64,000 nt of DNA from an uncultured Candidatus Saccharibacteria bacterium (lineage in GTDB: Bacteria; Patescibacteriota; Minisyncoccia; Phycocordibacterales; PALSA-1337), in assembly GCA_964495685.1 (NCBI GenBank), contig CAZBVQ010000002.1:107284-171283 (forward strand). Direction: 5' to 3'. Below, piece after piece: positions 1 through 9,755 of the stretch (within the stretch, counting starts at the first letter, position 1; the number at the start of each line of letters is the position of its first letter). The translations under genes were made by a program, and so were the position numbers. The notes beneath the pieces are model-generated. The model made no database searches and was not told the origin of the DNA. It saw only the letters and a list, made by a program, of their open reading frames with translations.

Positions 1-1067
1 TGTGGATGTAGTTTGATGCTCCATTTGGAAGTGCCATCAATATTTTATCTGTGTTGATGAGCACAGCATCAAAGTTTTCGTTGTACCAGTCCACCGTATA
101 CATGAGAAGCGGTGCACCCCATGAAATAGTTCCGTTGGCATTTGTGTTGCCCACTACGGCATATATACCAGTGGTACCCGCTTGCTGGCGATAAAAGACA
201 ATGAATCTGGTCGAATCCAACTCAATTGTTTTGAATACTCGATTACTCGTTGTTTTTGCAAAGGGGGAAGATAAAGTCTGAGTCTCCATATCTCGCAATT
301 TTGTATAGAAGGTTAGAGTTTTAACACTTCTTACTCTGCGCTCTAGAAAATTCATTGCATACATCTTTCTTGTCGCTCCGGCACCGATCAAAAACTCGTG
401 ATATGGGAATTCACGCAGAAGTTCATTCTGGATACCAAATGCTCTATCTTCGTCACCATCCCAGGACGACTTACCTATGTAGAACATCTCACGATTGTTA
501 TACATATAGTTCACATAGTTGTTAAAACAACCACGATAGCCAGGAATGATTAAAGAATCAGCATCAGTGGCAGATGCTCCTGCTCTATATGTCCCAAGAG
601 TTGTTGCATCAAATGCATTAGGAGCTACAAGTGTCGAAGTTGAAGCAATGGAATTGCCTGAGATCCCACCAATTTTGGCGGTGAAGAAAATATCGTTTCC
701 AGAAATGGAGGTTGCCTCTACATCACCATTCAAAGAGGTGGCTGATGCATACTGACTTCCAGGAAGACCTGAAAGATTTACTGCTGCCATTATATTGGCT
801 CGAGTAGCTGCAACATTTCCGCCGATAACAATTTGTCCGTCAGTATTGGTGACGAGACTAGCTACGAAAGAGTAGGTTTTTGTGCCGAGAGTGATGGTTT
901 CCCCTGCTGAAGGTTGATTTTGAAGTGTTAATTTTCCCTGCGCTTTCACGGCTGGCCACTGAACCATACCTGGTCTATCCCATTCCACAAATTTAGGAAA
1001 GGGTACGGTCTGCTGACTCTTAACTATTGTTGTCTTATCTAACCTTCGATCTACTTGTAAATTAATC
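1..1067 (-). CDS. Phage structural (tail/fibre-like) protein, 5' portion; the gene runs off the window start
   Basis: My own minus-strand translation from ATG at 1067..1065 reads MINLQVDRRLDKTTIVKSQQTVPFPKFVEWDRPGMVQWPAVKAQGKLTLQNQPSAGETITLG... and stays open to position 1. It is absent from the ORF track because no stop lies in the window. It sits directly upstream of the tail-fibre gene in a phage late operon. Confidence 0.45.
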
Positions 1068-1079
1068 ATAATAAAATAT

Positions 1080-1853
1080 TTAATGGATAATACTTGCGAT
1101 TCTTTCGTCTACGGCTCTCACCGACCACTTCTTCGCACCGTCATAGATGCTTCGAAGCAAGCGATTGTCGTCATACTCGAAGACAAATGTTTTTCCGTTC
1201 ACATTGTCATGTAGAGACCTCACACTTCCATCAGAATTCAACGCAACATCAACATATTCAAGACCAGCCTGAATGCCCGTAAGAGCTGCGGCTTGGAGTT
1301 GTGCGAGAGTCACAGGCTGTGATGCGCTTACCGCATTGGGAACATTTGGAGAATTTATAAAATTGTTATTTCCTGAAAAAGTATTGTTACCATTTGTTGA
1401 TGCTTTCCCCGCAAGATTGGTATCAACGTATCCTTTTGAAACAGCTTGTTTTGAATCATTAAAATTCGGATCAGCATCATACTTAAGAGGTTTTGTGGAA
1501 TCGAGCGTATCATCGCCATTCAAGATATCGACAATTATTTTTAAGTTTACGAAGTCAGTAAGATAGCATTTGGCTCCTGCCCTATGACCATTCAGGTTCT
1601 GAACGCCAGAAGTCTGTACCCCTTGTCGGGACACGCTGTAAATATTCGTCATAGCCGTGCCAGATAGATCGAACACAAGATGCTCCTCATCACCAGTTCC
1701 TCGGTCAATGATCATGCAGTATTTGCCACTTGGAAGTGCAACACTGTTTTTATCAGTGACTGAAGTAAGGGCTCCGGAGGTTGCCCCGCTTCCGAGCTTG
1801 GTCGCAAGAGATGTCTCAAAATTTGCTACAACTTTAGTGAGTTTGGACGCCAT
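1080..1853 (-). CDS. Phage tail fibre-like protein
   Basis: 257 aa rich in G/S/T/N. The QPVTLAQLQAA stretch is typical of tail-fibre proteins, and the gene lies at the distal end of the structural module. Confidence 0.5.
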   Translation of the reverse strand: MASKLTKVVANFETSLATKLGSGATSGALTSVTDKNSVALPSGKYCMIIDRGTGDEEHLVFDLSGTAMTNIYSVSRQGVQTSGVQNLNGHRAGAKCYLTDFVNLKIIVDILNGDDTLDSTKPLKYDADPNFNDSKQAVSKGYVDTNLAGKASTNGNNTFSGNNNFINSPNVPNAVSASQPVTLAQLQAAALTGIQAGLEYVDVALNSDGSVRSLHDNVNGKTFVFEYDDNRLLRSIYDGAKKWSVRAVDERIASIIH

Positions 1854-1893
1854 GAATCCATTATCCGCCTCAAAATATGAAAAAGTGTGTCAA

Positions 1894-3795
1894 TTACTGA
1901 TCTACGAGCTTTCCATCGAGACTTACATGCTCCTTTTGGCGATATAACTTCGGCAATTTGTCCTCGTAGGTGAGAACATCCCAATCGATTGACTCCATAA
2001 TGCTCACATATCCGATGCCTTTGGCTATAAAACGGATGCTTCGGCGTCTGAATTTGGGAATTCTCACCGCCTTTATCTGAAGTTCGTATGGATAGACCTT
2101 AGCCTCTCCATCGCCACCTACGGCAGATTCACCAATCATCGTAGTGCCCACGCTCGAAGGACTCGTTCGATTGACATATGTCGCATCGCCTCTGATTGTG
2201 CCAATGAGGTTGTATCCAGCGCCATCAAAATCAGCATAAACTTCCACATATTGAGCTGGATCAATCTCACCTCGATATCGCAAGCGACGATATTTCTTCA
2301 ATCGTCTCATGCCATAAGTTTCATACTTGCTATCCCACGTATTTTGAACAACGTATCCATCATCATCAAACCCATTTAATATTTTATAGACAGTCTGAGT
2401 ATGAGGACTTCCCCCATAAAGCACACCTGAATCCTTGGCGAGTGATTTCATTCCATAGTTCGTAATATCGACTGTATTTTTTGCAATATCAATCACGAGT
2501 GTTCGGTCATTGACTATACTTCCTTGCGATCGACAAGAAAGAACAATGAACTGGCCATATGTTTCCATGAAGGTATCGGAATAATCAAACTTTTCCCAGG
2601 CAAAATGCGGAATGAGTTCTGTTGCCAGAATGTCATCACCAAGGGGATTCTTTTCAAGGACCGTGAGCTGAGGCCTGTCAGGGTTTGCTGTATTAATGAA
2701 GACCACACCTCGGCCGGTAGTGACCGAACTTTTTCGAGTAAGCACTCCGATGTTTCGGCGAACTACCTGGTTGGTAAAACTTTTGTCATCATCCGTGTAC
2801 TTGTGCTGGTATGCACTCTGTTTTTTCAGAGAATAGTAATTACCATCAATACCGATCACTAATTGTTGGACAGCATCACCTCCTTCATCTTGACGAATAA
2901 CGTCTCCTTCGCCTGCAAGTCGTGATGCGCTGTAAGTAAAATCTGCAACGCCCTTGCTTGTACTATTTTCCCACACGTAATCAGCCTTGATATTATTTGC
3001 GGAGTTCAAGGGAACTGTCACAAATGTCACGCTCCATGCACCAGTAATATAATTTATTGTCCCTACTCCACCCGCACTACCTTTAAGTCCTCCATTTTTA
3101 TCATCGGTAAATATTTCTCCTCCTCCATCGGTACACTTCACAGTAACGAGTCCGCAATTTCTTTTTGGCTGGCCGCTTTTAAACGATAGAGTTCCTGAGA
3201 ATGTCACTTGTGATCCATTGCCACTTGCAAGATTTTCGTTTGAAACTTGAGTGAAGCTCACTCCGTCACGCTGAACATCGATGTAACTTCGGTAAAGGCT
3301 TGTTGGGTCTTTAGCAATTCCCCACAAGTACATGCGTGCTTTATCTATGAGCGGAAATCCACAGAAAAAATCCGTTAATGAGTAGAGTTGAACGTAGTCA
3401 TTCGGATTCGCATTGGCAAATTTGAATAGTCCGCCTGGACCACCCGCAAATGTCCATGCTCCGGTAAGCGAACTGTAGTTTGAAAAGACATAGAGATCAT
3501 TAGCATTGAGTCCCGATACTACATCTATCCATGTCGAGCCATTAAAATATTGAATCTTTGTTGAAATTTTTCTCCATAGCACAGCCGTTCCATTCGCTTT
3601 ATAGCCAGAATGAATGGCAGGACATGATCCGGCTGCACCTTCAATCCCTACTGTCACTTTTCCTCGGGCAAGTTCAAGACGGCCATCAATCGTGATCCAA
3701 TTCAAGGCATCTTTAGCACTGTCTTTCGGAGTATCCTCATTGTCCTCTCGGTTATGAACGCCTGAAGCAAATTTTTTAATCTCATGATCTGCCAT
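1894..3795 (-). CDS. Phage tail protein (tail tube/baseplate-like, 633 aa)
   Basis: Large ORF between the capsid-proximal genes and the tail fibre, with stop-start adjacency to 3798..4421. No specific motif recognised, so the call rests on position and size. Confidence 0.4.
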   Translation of the reverse strand: MADHEIKKFASGVHNREDNEDTPKDSAKDALNWITIDGRLELARGKVTVGIEGAAGSCPAIHSGYKANGTAVLWRKISTKIQYFNGSTWIDVVSGLNANDLYVFSNYSSLTGAWTFAGGPGGLFKFANANPNDYVQLYSLTDFFCGFPLIDKARMYLWGIAKDPTSLYRSYIDVQRDGVSFTQVSNENLASGNGSQVTFSGTLSFKSGQPKRNCGLVTVKCTDGGGEIFTDDKNGGLKGSAGGVGTINYITGAWSVTFVTVPLNSANNIKADYVWENSTSKGVADFTYSASRLAGEGDVIRQDEGGDAVQQLVIGIDGNYYSLKKQSAYQHKYTDDDKSFTNQVVRRNIGVLTRKSSVTTGRGVVFINTANPDRPQLTVLEKNPLGDDILATELIPHFAWEKFDYSDTFMETYGQFIVLSCRSQGSIVNDRTLVIDIAKNTVDITNYGMKSLAKDSGVLYGGSPHTQTVYKILNGFDDDGYVVQNTWDSKYETYGMRRLKKYRRLRYRGEIDPAQYVEVYADFDGAGYNLIGTIRGDATYVNRTSPSSVGTTMIGESAVGGDGEAKVYPYELQIKAVRIPKFRRRSIRFIAKGIGYVSIMESIDWDVLTYEDKLPKLYRQKEHVSLDGKLVDQ

Positions 3796-3797
3796 AG

Positions 3798-4421
3798 TTA
3801 GACGAGTTTAAATCGAGCATCACGCAATTTGAGATTTTTCATGTATCTCTGGTATTGAGCAAAGTTATCCTGCATGTTGCTGCGAGCTTTTTCAGCTTTC
3901 TTTATTATTTCCTCGTCAATGAGCATAGAAAAGACAATCATCGGGTGATATTCGTTTGGCAATAAAGGCGAAGTACCGACTGTGATGTCATTAGGACTTA
4001 TTTTGTAATCAAATTCGTAGGAAGTGCCTGCACCAGGACTCTGTAAAAAATTTATTTTTCCGTCTGACGCGTCAATCCAACAAATACCATAAAAGCTGTT
4101 GTTATTTCTCTGACCCATAGGGACAATGAGATATGGCGCTTTTGAGGGACCGATATAAATGACTTTCTGGGTCGCTTCATCACCATACTCATCAAAATTC
4201 TCCATAAACTCATCGAAGTCTGTGCTGAGAGTTATTTTTCCATCACTTTCAACCACACCGGTTTTCTTTCGTCTCAAAAACTCCCATGGCTGTTCCATAT
4301 AAATGAGACGGATTTTGTCATTGGCGAGATTAATAGCCTCGTCGCTTGATAGCTCAGTCGTATCGTCAGTGTATTGCCCGAAGCGTTCGATGATTTGCTG
4401 GCCTGTAAGTGGAGTAGTCAT
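3798..4421 (-). CDS. Phage head-tail joining or hypothetical structural protein
   Basis: 207-aa ORF immediately downstream of the major capsid gene, co-directional and tightly packed. Confidence 0.3.
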   Translation of the reverse strand: MTTPLTGQQIIERFGQYTDDTTELSSDEAINLANDKIRLIYMEQPWEFLRRKKTGVVESDGKITLSTDFDEFMENFDEYGDEATQKVIYIGPSKAPYLIVPMGQRNNNSFYGICWIDASDGKINFLQSPGAGTSYEFDYKISPNDITVGTSPLLPNEYHPMIVFSMLIDEEIIKKAEKARSNMQDNFAQYQRYMKNLKLRDARFKLV

Positions 4422-4498
4422 AAATTCTCAGTGGTGGAAGCAGGATCGACCGCTCTGCTTCCGCCACCAAGCCCGAATTGCTTCGGGTTGGCGTTTGG

Positions 4499-5704
4499 TT
4501 AGGCGTTAATTTTAACGTCGAGGAATTGTGGCTTGCCATCCGCGAAGGTGAAGATGCCGTAAATTGCATCTGCACGGATGATCTTTGCACGCTGATATGG
4601 ATCATCGACAGTCTCCATCTCGGCCTGATCTTGGATGACCACATCGATAGCGCCTTTCTTGCCGTAGTAGGCATGAATAAGGTTTTTGGTCACCGTGTAC
4701 ACTGCATTACCTCCGAAAGAAAGACGACCTGAACCGGTACCCGTAATGGTGATGGTGTTGGCCGCATCATCATTCACTGCCGCAAGCTGAAGGTCGATCC
4801 AGTTCGACTGTACATAGCCTGGGTCTGTATCAGTCCATGCAATGTACTTTGATCCAGCCGTGCCACTTGTCTGATGAACCGCATCAATCAAGTTGTCACG
4901 GGTTGCATCAACTCCTGCTTCAATGAGCACGTTACCTGGAGTTGCCCCGATAGCGCTTACAAACGTAAAGACATATCCATTGATTGAGAATGTCTCGCCG
5001 TTTGCGGGATTGGCTGACATGGTAATAACTGCTTCAGCAAGAAGATTCTCCGACAAGTAGAGTTCAGCTCCACCGACGGGACCGGCATATCCGTTCTTGA
5101 AGGCAGCAGCCGCAAGGTCGATGTTCTTCGACATGACATACTGCTCAATTACTGAACCTCCATAGCTATCAATCACCAAGGCAAGACTAGTAAGGTCTTG
5201 GTTGGCTCTGCGCAACTTGGCACGACCCTGCGCAAGAAGCTGAGGAATATTGGTAGTTGAGAGAACAATTGCGGTACCGTTTGACGTCATGGTCGTAAGG
5301 TCTCCGGTATCGAAGGTCTGAAGAGCATTCTTCACTTCTGCAAAAACATCGGCATCAATGTAGCGTGACAATTTCTTAGCCACCTCTGCACCAATTGTTT
5401 CTGCAGGATTCAAGGGACCAGCCTGGATCATTTCCTTCTTGGAAATACGGAAGTCAGAACCCTTATTCTTGTTGACAAGGAGAGTCTCACCAGAGTCATT
5501 GAGCTGATCAATGGTTCGGTTTACGCCGATTGTGATATTGCGGACACGAATCGGAGCAAGAGAATATTTTACACGCTTGACCGATGCTCCATATTGGAGT
5601 TTGGCTTCAAGTCGTGTATTGGCAATCTCCATCGCCACGAGCACTTTGTCGAATACCGCCTGGTACGCGTTATCAAACTGCTCTTTGAATGTTACTAAGG
5701 ACAT
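4499..5704 (-). CDS. Phage major capsid protein
   Basis: 401 aa, positioned directly after the scaffold gene in the canonical terminase-portal-scaffold-capsid order. Composition is capsid-like and G/A/T-rich. Confidence 0.55.
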   Translation of the reverse strand: MSLVTFKEQFDNAYQAVFDKVLVAMEIANTRLEAKLQYGASVKRVKYSLAPIRVRNITIGVNRTIDQLNDSGETLLVNKNKGSDFRISKKEMIQAGPLNPAETIGAEVAKKLSRYIDADVFAEVKNALQTFDTGDLTTMTSNGTAIVLSTTNIPQLLAQGRAKLRRANQDLTSLALVIDSYGGSVIEQYVMSKNIDLAAAAFKNGYAGPVGGAELYLSENLLAEAVITMSANPANGETFSINGYVFTFVSAIGATPGNVLIEAGVDATRDNLIDAVHQTSGTAGSKYIAWTDTDPGYVQSNWIDLQLAAVNDDAANTITITGTGSGRLSFGGNAVYTVTKNLIHAYYGKKGAIDVVIQDQAEMETVDDPYQRAKIIRADAIYGIFTFADGKPQFLDVKINA

Positions 5705-5745
5705 AAGTGTATAAAATTAAAGTGGTAAATGTCCTTCAAACATCA

Positions 5746-6603
5746 TTACTTCCTATGTCGAGAACGGTGAGTCAGGCGATCAATGAGGCCTTCTTGATAC
5801 TTCTCAAATTCCTGACCTCCACGCTCTCGGGATTCGGCAATACGCTTGTGATCTTCATCGCTCGGAGCCTTGTAGTCAGGTTCCTTCGGATGATTGCCGC
5901 CCTGAGAGCTATAGCCCTCCATTCCGGCTCCGCCTTTATCGCTGCCATAAAGCTCATCAAGAATATCCTCCATGGTGCGAGAAAGATTTTCCTCGCTCGA
6001 CATGATGTATTTTTTGACAGCTTCCTTCTTGGCAACCTTGGCAAGCTCAGGATTTTCTCCAATTACTCGGTCAAACTCTTTCGAGATTGCTGCCGAGATT
6101 TGAGCTTTGCTGATTTCCTTGGACTGCGTCTCAACTTTTGACTTGAAGTCTTTGATGTCTGAAAGGTACTGATCCTCGAATTGCTTCTTGGATTTACTTA
6201 AAAGAATGTCCGAGAGCTTGCGTACAAACTTGGGCTCCAGGTCCCATTCCTTGGCGAGTGCGTCGAGCTCGTCTTGAGCATCGTTAGCGCTGGTACCACC
6301 TTTCTTTACCTGCTCCTGCAGGTCACGAATAGTGGGGATGACCTCGTCACGGATCATCTTTTTCATCTCACGATTCTCTTTCTTAAGATCATCAAGGAGC
6401 TCGTCTTTCTCGATCTCTGCCCGAGTTCTTCGTACTTTAGAATCGTTCTGCTTGGAGCTATCGCCCCCTGCAACTTGTTCAATCGATTGACCATTTGAAG
6501 GGTTGGTATCTTTGGCATCGCCTTTGTTATCAGGTTTCTGCTCCCCTGCAGCTTTTGACTTATCGTCTTCAGGTACTGCTACCTTTTCTTTTGGTTGTGG
6601 CAT
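5746..6603 (-). CDS. Phage scaffolding protein
   Basis: 285 aa, extremely K/E/D-rich and predicted helical (e.g. KEKVAVPEDDKSKAAGEQKPDNKGD...), located between portal and capsid. Confidence 0.5.
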   Translation of the reverse strand: MPQPKEKVAVPEDDKSKAAGEQKPDNKGDAKDTNPSNGQSIEQVAGGDSSKQNDSKVRRTRAEIEKDELLDDLKKENREMKKMIRDEVIPTIRDLQEQVKKGGTSANDAQDELDALAKEWDLEPKFVRKLSDILLSKSKKQFEDQYLSDIKDFKSKVETQSKEISKAQISAAISKEFDRVIGENPELAKVAKKEAVKKYIMSSEENLSRTMEDILDELYGSDKGGAGMEGYSSQGGNHPKEPDYKAPSDEDHKRIAESRERGGQEFEKYQEGLIDRLTHRSRHRK

Positions 6604-6745
6604 ATATCGTTTACGTTTTTATGCAATGGTTTTCGCCCCATTGATGCTCGGTTATATACGCAGAGCACGAGCGCCGTTACCTTATTAAAAGAGGTTGGCC
6701 CCTCTATGTGATTAAATTGTAGATGTGGAAAAAGAAATAACTGTG

Positions 6746-7144
6746 TCAATTACTTTTTGCTTCCTCTGCAGCCGTACTTGGTCGCCTTCTTGAAAGTTCG
6801 TCGAGAAGCACGTCAAGGTCTTCATTGGCTCCGATAAATCTCCTAAGCATCTGCACTGATGCTTCAAACCTGGCAATTGCCGATATGAGCCTACCCATTT
6901 CAGGGTTCTGGTGAAGCATGGTAAAAAGCTCATTCATGGCCTTTCTTGCTTCGCTCTGCAAACGCTCAATCGTATCTTTTCCAGCCGGAGTCTTTGACCA
7001 AGACACAATGTCGTTTGCCACATCTATGGCTTTATTTATTTCCTCAACTTCGGCTTGATCAGCCGGTTTTTCCTGCTCGGCTTCTGCTGCTGCATTATGG
7101 GGACCAGTAAGGACTGGTTCTGGTTGTGTTTCGTTTTCGTTCAT
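6746..7144 (-). CDS. Phage hypothetical protein
   Basis: 132-aa acidic ORF with a 4-nt start/stop overlap with 7141..7515. Lies in the morphogenesis module. Confidence 0.3.
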   Translation of the reverse strand: MNENETQPEPVLTGPHNAAAEAEQEKPADQAEVEEINKAIDVANDIVSWSKTPAGKDTIERLQSEARKAMNELFTMLHQNPEMGRLISAIARFEASVQMLRRFIGANEDLDVLLDELSRRRPSTAAEEAKSN

Positions 7145-7515
7145 AGTTTTAATTGATTACGAATTTCTTTATTTTCACGCAATAAAGCATTGAGAACACT
7201 CTTTGTGCTCTTTTCCTGGTCTTTGAATTGCTTTGCTTTATTTTCCTGAATCGCAAGAAGAGTGAGAATAAATCGCTTCTTTGCGGTGAGTTTCTTCATG
7301 TATCGAACCAGGTCAGGATTTGCCCGACGAATATTTTCAGCGAGGGATTCCTGAAGCCTCGCATTGGCTTCAAGTTCCCGTACTTGTTTCCTCAATTGCT
7401 CAATATTTCGATTAAGCTCGCGCAGAGAAAATTCAGCAACCAATCCATGTTTAATTAAGCGATGGTCTCCCTTATCTTTCGCCTTCTTTTTAATTGTGTA
7501 GGTATATCCAGGCAT
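7141..7515 (-). CDS. Phage hypothetical protein (coiled-coil)
   Basis: 124-aa K/E/R-rich helical ORF translationally coupled to the downstream gene. Confidence 0.3.
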   Translation of the reverse strand: MPGYTYTIKKKAKDKGDHRLIKHGLVAEFSLRELNRNIEQLRKQVRELEANARLQESLAENIRRANPDLVRYMKKLTAKKRFILTLLAIQENKAKQFKDQEKSTKSVLNALLRENKEIRNQLKL

Positions 7516-7698
7516 TAGATTTCATGTTCAGGATGCGGTTCTTCAGGCATGGTGGCCTGAGTATTTTCCGCACTTTCTGTTGCAGTTCCTTCAACCTGAT
7601 TTTCAGCAGGTGTTTCTGCTGGAATATTATTCTGCTCAGCTTCACCATTAACATTTGCGTTCTCATTGTTTGTTTCTGACATATATTTTTAAATTAAT

Positions 7699-9711
7699 TT
7701 AATAACTCATCGCCGCGGTCTCTTGAACCTCCCGCGCCGGATCGCCCAATGGCACCACTCCGGTTGCGGCCAAGTCGGGATTTTCAAGAAGGCGCGAATC
7801 GATCATGAGGTTTTTAGACAGCAAACCTTCATTTGCAAGTTGAGAAACTCCTGCCTGAATAGTGTTCCTTTCTGAGACAGGAGTAATTGCTTTGATATAC
7901 AGGAGCACATCGACATGTTGTTCAAGGTTTAACTCATGATCATATTTGTCCCAAAGGTCATTAATTCTTTTAACATATGATGTAGTCGCGTCCTTATAGA
8001 GAGGCACCTTTTCACCACCAATGAGAAGCTGGAACGCTTCTTCAGCCTTGGCCATGACTTCAGTGGCCGCATCTTCACTCATGTCGAGGAGGCGATTGAC
8101 TGTATCTTCTTCAATTCCGGCAATTGAAGCCTGGGTTCTGAACAAAACTTTCTGATTGATACCCTGGTCTCCTTTATATACTCCAAGGAAAGTTAATTTG
8201 TTTTTGCTATCAGCGAGATTGCTCTGCGCTTCAGCAATAGATGACTCGACGAGAATATCATAGTCGTCTTGAAAAGGTTTCAGGTCTCTGGCACTTACCA
8301 TTTCTATTCCTAATCCCATTGGTCCCAAGATTTGTACTGCCATTTTCTTTTTCAAATCCTGCATCACTCCTTCCTTGTGCAAAACGGCAAAGCGATAATA
8401 GCCTTCGGCATAGCTTTTATTCAGAAGACCAAATCTGTCACCTGCTTGCATGAGATTGCCTTCATAAATACCGAGCGTATCTTCATCACTTGTGCCTCGG
8501 ACATCAGCCGTAACTCCGCTTTCCGATTCAACAATTTGCTCCAATTTGTCATACACTTTGAATGGTCCTTCAATTGGTGGAGTCTGCCGAGTCTGAATCA
8601 CACGATTGACGTCGACATTTCCTTCAATTTCTATATATCCGTCCCTTTTGTATCGAACTTGTGCAAGATTCCTGATGTAATCAACGTTCACAGCCGTCTG
8701 CGGGCGATTAATCTGCTCCGAGTTATCAAGTGACTGATTGATGCTCTTTTCTTGAGCCATAAATACTCCTCGAGCAAAGTCGCAGTATGACGGAGTCCAA
8801 AATTCCCGAGGGTCTGGAAATGCCGCCCAGGACCAGATCGGGTACTTGCCACTCTTTCGAATATATTTCCACGGCTCACAACGAATACAATCACCGGATG
8901 GTGAAAGAACGAGATAATAACGATCATCATTTTCATCGGTCGTTATCCAGGTGTAGAAAATAAATTGATTTTCATTTTTCAAATGGTCTCGCGGAGCTCC
9001 ATTCACCTTCCTATTATCCTTATCAACATCCTGCTTAGTTTTCGTATGCCGATTGCCACCACCATCAAGGATATCTTCAACTACTTTTTTGTAGTAAATT
9101 CCATCTTTCACACCCTTGAGGAGTTGAGCCCGACTGAGTTTCGTATTCCACCAACCGAGATACAGTGCTTTCTCAATACCGCTTCCATCTTCTTCCTCCG
9201 TGCAGAGGCCACCGACATCTGGGTCGATGAGAAAATCCTTTGGATCAATCAAATTGAGCAGACTTCTATACGTTCCTTTGTCATTTTTGGTGAGATAAAG
9301 ATAAATCGTCCTGCCATACACAGCCGCATCACGCTTACCCATCAAATCTTTGAAGTTCCATCTGCCAATTTTTGAATCTTTCTCCTTGATAGCATTCATG
9401 AGCTTGGACTTAGTAAGGTCAGCAGTCTCACCCTTGACGTATTTAAATGTGAGCGGACTATCGATTTTTGAAAGAATGGTATGAACAAAGCCATGCATCT
9501 TGAAAAGGGGGACCATGGTACGAGTATCAACCTGATTGGCTTGGTTGCCTTGAGGAGCAAGGTTAATGGGACTGACCTTGTCAGGATTCATCATGTCCTC
9601 ATTTTTATTCCACGAGCTCATCCTCGCTTTTTTATAGCGATATGAGTAATCAATTTCCTTCAATGCTTGGCTTGCAAGCGTATCTCGTACTTTGTAGTGC
9701 GCAAGAGGCAT
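7699..9711 (-). CDS. Phage portal protein
   Basis: 670-aa ORF immediately downstream of the large terminase and upstream of scaffold and capsid. The call is by position and size. Confidence 0.5.
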   Translation of the reverse strand: MPLAHYKVRDTLASQALKEIDYSYRYKKARMSSWNKNEDMMNPDKVSPINLAPQGNQANQVDTRTMVPLFKMHGFVHTILSKIDSPLTFKYVKGETADLTKSKLMNAIKEKDSKIGRWNFKDLMGKRDAAVYGRTIYLYLTKNDKGTYRSLLNLIDPKDFLIDPDVGGLCTEEEDGSGIEKALYLGWWNTKLSRAQLLKGVKDGIYYKKVVEDILDGGGNRHTKTKQDVDKDNRKVNGAPRDHLKNENQFIFYTWITTDENDDRYYLVLSPSGDCIRCEPWKYIRKSGKYPIWSWAAFPDPREFWTPSYCDFARGVFMAQEKSINQSLDNSEQINRPQTAVNVDYIRNLAQVRYKRDGYIEIEGNVDVNRVIQTRQTPPIEGPFKVYDKLEQIVESESGVTADVRGTSDEDTLGIYEGNLMQAGDRFGLLNKSYAEGYYRFAVLHKEGVMQDLKKKMAVQILGPMGLGIEMVSARDLKPFQDDYDILVESSIAEAQSNLADSKNKLTFLGVYKGDQGINQKVLFRTQASIAGIEEDTVNRLLDMSEDAATEVMAKAEEAFQLLIGGEKVPLYKDATTSYVKRINDLWDKYDHELNLEQHVDVLLYIKAITPVSERNTIQAGVSQLANEGLLSKNLMIDSRLLENPDLAATGVVPLGDPAREVQETAAMSY

Positions 9712-9755
9712 ATATACCTCGAGTATATGCCTAGATTTTCTGATTTTTGTGTCAA

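Noticed and set aside
546-755. 69-aa plus-strand ORF near the window start
   Set aside because: It lies inside the longer minus-strand structural-protein frame that I translated to position 1 and has no independent support.
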